From contig CP070748.1 of NCBI GenBank assembly GCA_020348345.1, positions 1,503,682-1,567,681 of the forward strand: DNA of 64,000 nt, in the 5' to 3' direction. This DNA is from Methanobacteriota archaeon (GTDB lineage: Archaea > Thermoplasmatota > Thermoplasmata > UBA10834). Of this stretch, positions 62,055-64,000 are shown piece by piece. Position 1 is the first letter of the stretch. Each line of letters starts with the position of its first letter. The position numbers were made by a program, and so were the translations under genes. The notes beneath the pieces are model-generated. The model made no database searches. It worked only from the letters and a program-made list of their open reading frames with translations, and was not told where the DNA came from.

Positions 62055-62127
62055 GGGCCCGTGGGGTAGCTTGGAATCCTTCCAGCTTGGGGTGCTGGTA
62101 ACTCGCGTTCAAATCGCGGCGGGCCCA
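62055..62127 (+). tRNA. tRNA-Pro (anticodon GGG), intron-less, no encoded CCA
   Basis: GGGCCCG-TG-GGGT-AGCTTGGAA-TCCT-T-CCAGC-TTGGGGT-GCTGG-TAAC-TCGCG-TTCAAAT-CGCGG-CGGGCCC-A. Confidence 0.9.
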
Positions 62128-62398
62128 CCTGGCAATTCTGTCAACCCGACGTGATTGAACCTCGTTCCGTTGCTTTCCGTCTCGTTTCCTGCATAGCTTC
62201 CGGCAATATGCATGGAATGCTCTTTCGACAGGCCACGAGTGAATGTGGCCGGAGCGTGCGGTTCGCCCTGAGCGAACAGGCATTGCGTGACAATCATTTC
62301 CCAGGTTCTCAGGCGAGGTCGTTCGGCAATTTCGCCTTCAAGCTGATAGCCTTTCCATTGATACTCTCCCAGATTGTGAATTGGTTGCCAGCATCTTC

Positions 62399-63259
62399 TC
62401 AAGTTCCGCTTCTGGCGCGATTGGGTTTGCGAGATATACGCCATGCGATGTTGAGCGCTTGAACAGTCTCGGGAACGTCGTGCACTCGTACCACACTCGC
62501 ACCATTTGCAGCTGCGACGATTGCGGCAGCTATCGAGCCGCCCAGCCTGTCATCACCCCTCTCTCCTGAGATGCCACTGATGAACGACTTCCTAGAAGCC
62601 CCCACAACTATGGGCTTTCCGAGCGCTCCTATCTCACCGAGTCTTCGGAAGATCTCTAGATTGTGCTCTAGGGTCTTCCCAAAGCCAATTCCCGGATCCA
62701 CCATGATGCGTGTGGGATCGATTCCTTCTTTCTCCGCCACAGTGACGCGGTCCTTCAGATAATCGACTATCTCTACGACAACGTCTTTATAACTCGGCGA
62801 ATTCTGCATGGTTCTCGGCTCGCCAAGCATGTGCATGATTATGACCGACGCCCCATGCTCAGCGACGATTGATCTCATATCAGCATCCCTGAGGCCAGAA
62901 ACGTCGTTTACGATGGCAGCCCCGGCCTCTAAGGCCGCCGCGGCAACAACCGGCTTCATGGTATCAATCGACACTCTTCCGGGATATAACTCTGCCAGCC
63001 TCGACACGACCCCGATAACCCTCAACATCTCCTCCCGTTCGCTGACAGGATCAGCAAAGGGCCTGGTAGACTCGCCTCCGATGTCAACAAATTCAGCGCC
63101 TGCTTCAAACATCCCAATGCCTCGGTCAACAGCAGCATCCTCGTCCAAGTGAAGGCCGTCGCCAGAAAAAGAATCGGGCGTGACGTTGATAATTCCCATA
63201 ACGGCCGCTGGGCCGGGCTTTCGCGACACGATCTTCGGTACGGTCGTTTGATTCTTCAA
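62399..63259 (-). CDS. folP: dihydropteroate synthase
   Basis: VMGIINVTPDSFSGDG, DIGGESTRP, GFGK. Pterin-binding TIM barrel. Confidence 0.9.
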   Translation of the reverse strand: MKNQTTVPKIVSRKPGPAAVMGIINVTPDSFSGDGLHLDEDAAVDRGIGMFEAGAEFVDIGGESTRPFADPVSEREEMLRVIGVVSRLAELYPGRVSIDTMKPVVAAAALEAGAAIVNDVSGLRDADMRSIVAEHGASVIIMHMLGEPRTMQNSPSYKDVVVEIVDYLKDRVTVAEKEGIDPTRIMVDPGIGFGKTLEHNLEIFRRLGEIGALGKPIVVGASRKSFISGISGERGDDRLGGSIAAAIVAAANGASVVRVHDVPETVQALNIAWRISRKPNRARSGT

Positions 63260-63276
63260 GACACCTCGTCTCCGCG

Positions 63277-64000
63277 TCAGGCGATGAGGAGGTCATCGAT
63301 TAGCTCGGTTATGTCCTTTATCTCTATGTCCATCTCGACAAGGTCATTACCGAAGACGAGTGTGCTCACGCAGAACGGGCAGGACGTCACGAGGATATCG
63401 GCCACTTCAGATGCTGATGTCACACGTCTCGACGCGATCCGCTGGGATGCATCCGGCTCTGAAGCCCTCACTCCGCCACCGCCGCCACAGCACCTCGACG
63501 ACTCCTTGCTCTCCTTCATTTCCACGAACTCCGCCTCAGGGATCATTCGCAGCAACTCGCGTGGCTCGTTGTAGATCTTCATGTGCCTGCCGATGTGGCA
63601 CGGGTCGTGGTACGTTATCCTCTTGCGAAGGGGTTTCAGCTTCAGCTTCTGTCTGGCGAGGTACTGGACCACGTGTTCTGCCTCAAAATCATAATCAAAG
63701 TGTTTCGGGTATTCCTCCTTGAACATGTGCAGGCATCCTGCGCATGTAAAGAGCAGTCTTTTTATGCCCAGACGTTTGACCGCATCAAGGTTGGCCTTCA
63801 TCAGATTGAGTATCACTTCCTTGCTTTGACCTATCCTATGAAGCGTGCTACCGCAACAGCCTTCCTCAACGAGAGTGAAGTCAACGTCTAGCTTTTTGAA
63901 GATGGATATTGTGTGCTTCGCAATCTCGGTTGTGCGATATCTGGAGGTGCACCCGATGAAATAGCCTATCTCTGCTTGTTTGATCGGGACGCCGAAATCC
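63277..64000 (-). CDS. Fe-S oxidoreductase with two CCG domains (HdrD/GlpC/GlcF/LutA-like); 5' end beyond the window
   Basis: Track ORF 63277..63816 starts at an internal GTG. The same frame stays open to base 64000 (…IGYFIGCTSRY…EEGCCGSTLHR…FTCAGC…HDPCHIGRH…SRCCGGGGG…SCPFC). Confidence 0.75.
   Translation of the reverse strand, partial: DFGVPIKQAEIGYFIGCTSRYRTTEIAKHTISIFKKLDVDFTLVEEGCCGSTLHRIGQSKEVILNLMKANLDAVKRLGIKRLLFTCAGCLHMFKEEYPKHFDYDFEAEHVVQYLARQKLKLKPLRKRITYHDPCHIGRHMKIYNEPRELLRMIPEAEFVEMKESKESSRCCGGGGGVRASEPDASQRIASRRVTSASEVADILVTSCPFCVSTLVFGNDLVEMDIEIKDITELIDDLLIA

Noticed and set aside
1-64000. CRISPR arrays, transposases/IS elements, integrases, toxin-antitoxin or restriction-modification systems
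   Set aside because: I looked for regularly spaced direct repeats, terminal inverted repeats and DDE/tyrosine-recombinase-like ORFs and found none. The only short tandem repeat is the 2x10-mer at 33981.

Overview
This is an archaeal chromosomal window. That call rests on eS1/S3Ae, L18e, RpoN, aRF1, PurP, archaeal DtdA, intron-containing tRNAs and BRE/TATA-like promoters about 30 nt upstream of start codons. The gene content resembles uncultured Thermoplasmatota-like euryarchaea, but that placement is only an inference. The window is densely coding on both strands, with about 65 protein genes and 3 tRNAs, two of them with introns. I found no rRNA, CRISPR array, transposase, integrase or clear prophage. 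Housekeeping genes are argS, pheS, trpS, aRF1, pyrH, pyrC, adk, purP, folP, dtdA, rnhA, lplA, a bacterial-type mutS-mutL pair, and an L18e-L13-S9-RpoN-tRNAPro cluster. Metabolic genes are tungsten-type AOR plus ferredoxin, hdrC-hdrB, a GlcD-like FAD oxidase, a CCG Fe-S protein (cut by the window end), two uninterrupted (non-pyrrolysine) MttB-superfamily methyltransferases, a MetE-like methyltransferase, PHI, and M20 and M29 peptidases. There is also a TetR-ABC exporter operon. Five large or medium type-I membrane-anchored surface proteins are present (PKD, beta-propeller, and a new-looking 8x tandem repeat). The most interesting signal is a Ras/Rab-like small GTPase translationally coupled to a V4R::DUF835 fusion protein and a zinc-ribbon protein (17.8-19.7 kb). 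A second V4R protein is paired with a Roadblock/LC7 protein at 5.0-5.8 kb. Together these look like a GTPase plus candidate GEF/GAP-fold regulatory module outside the Asgard archaea. All family calls come from reading motifs by eye; no database search was run.
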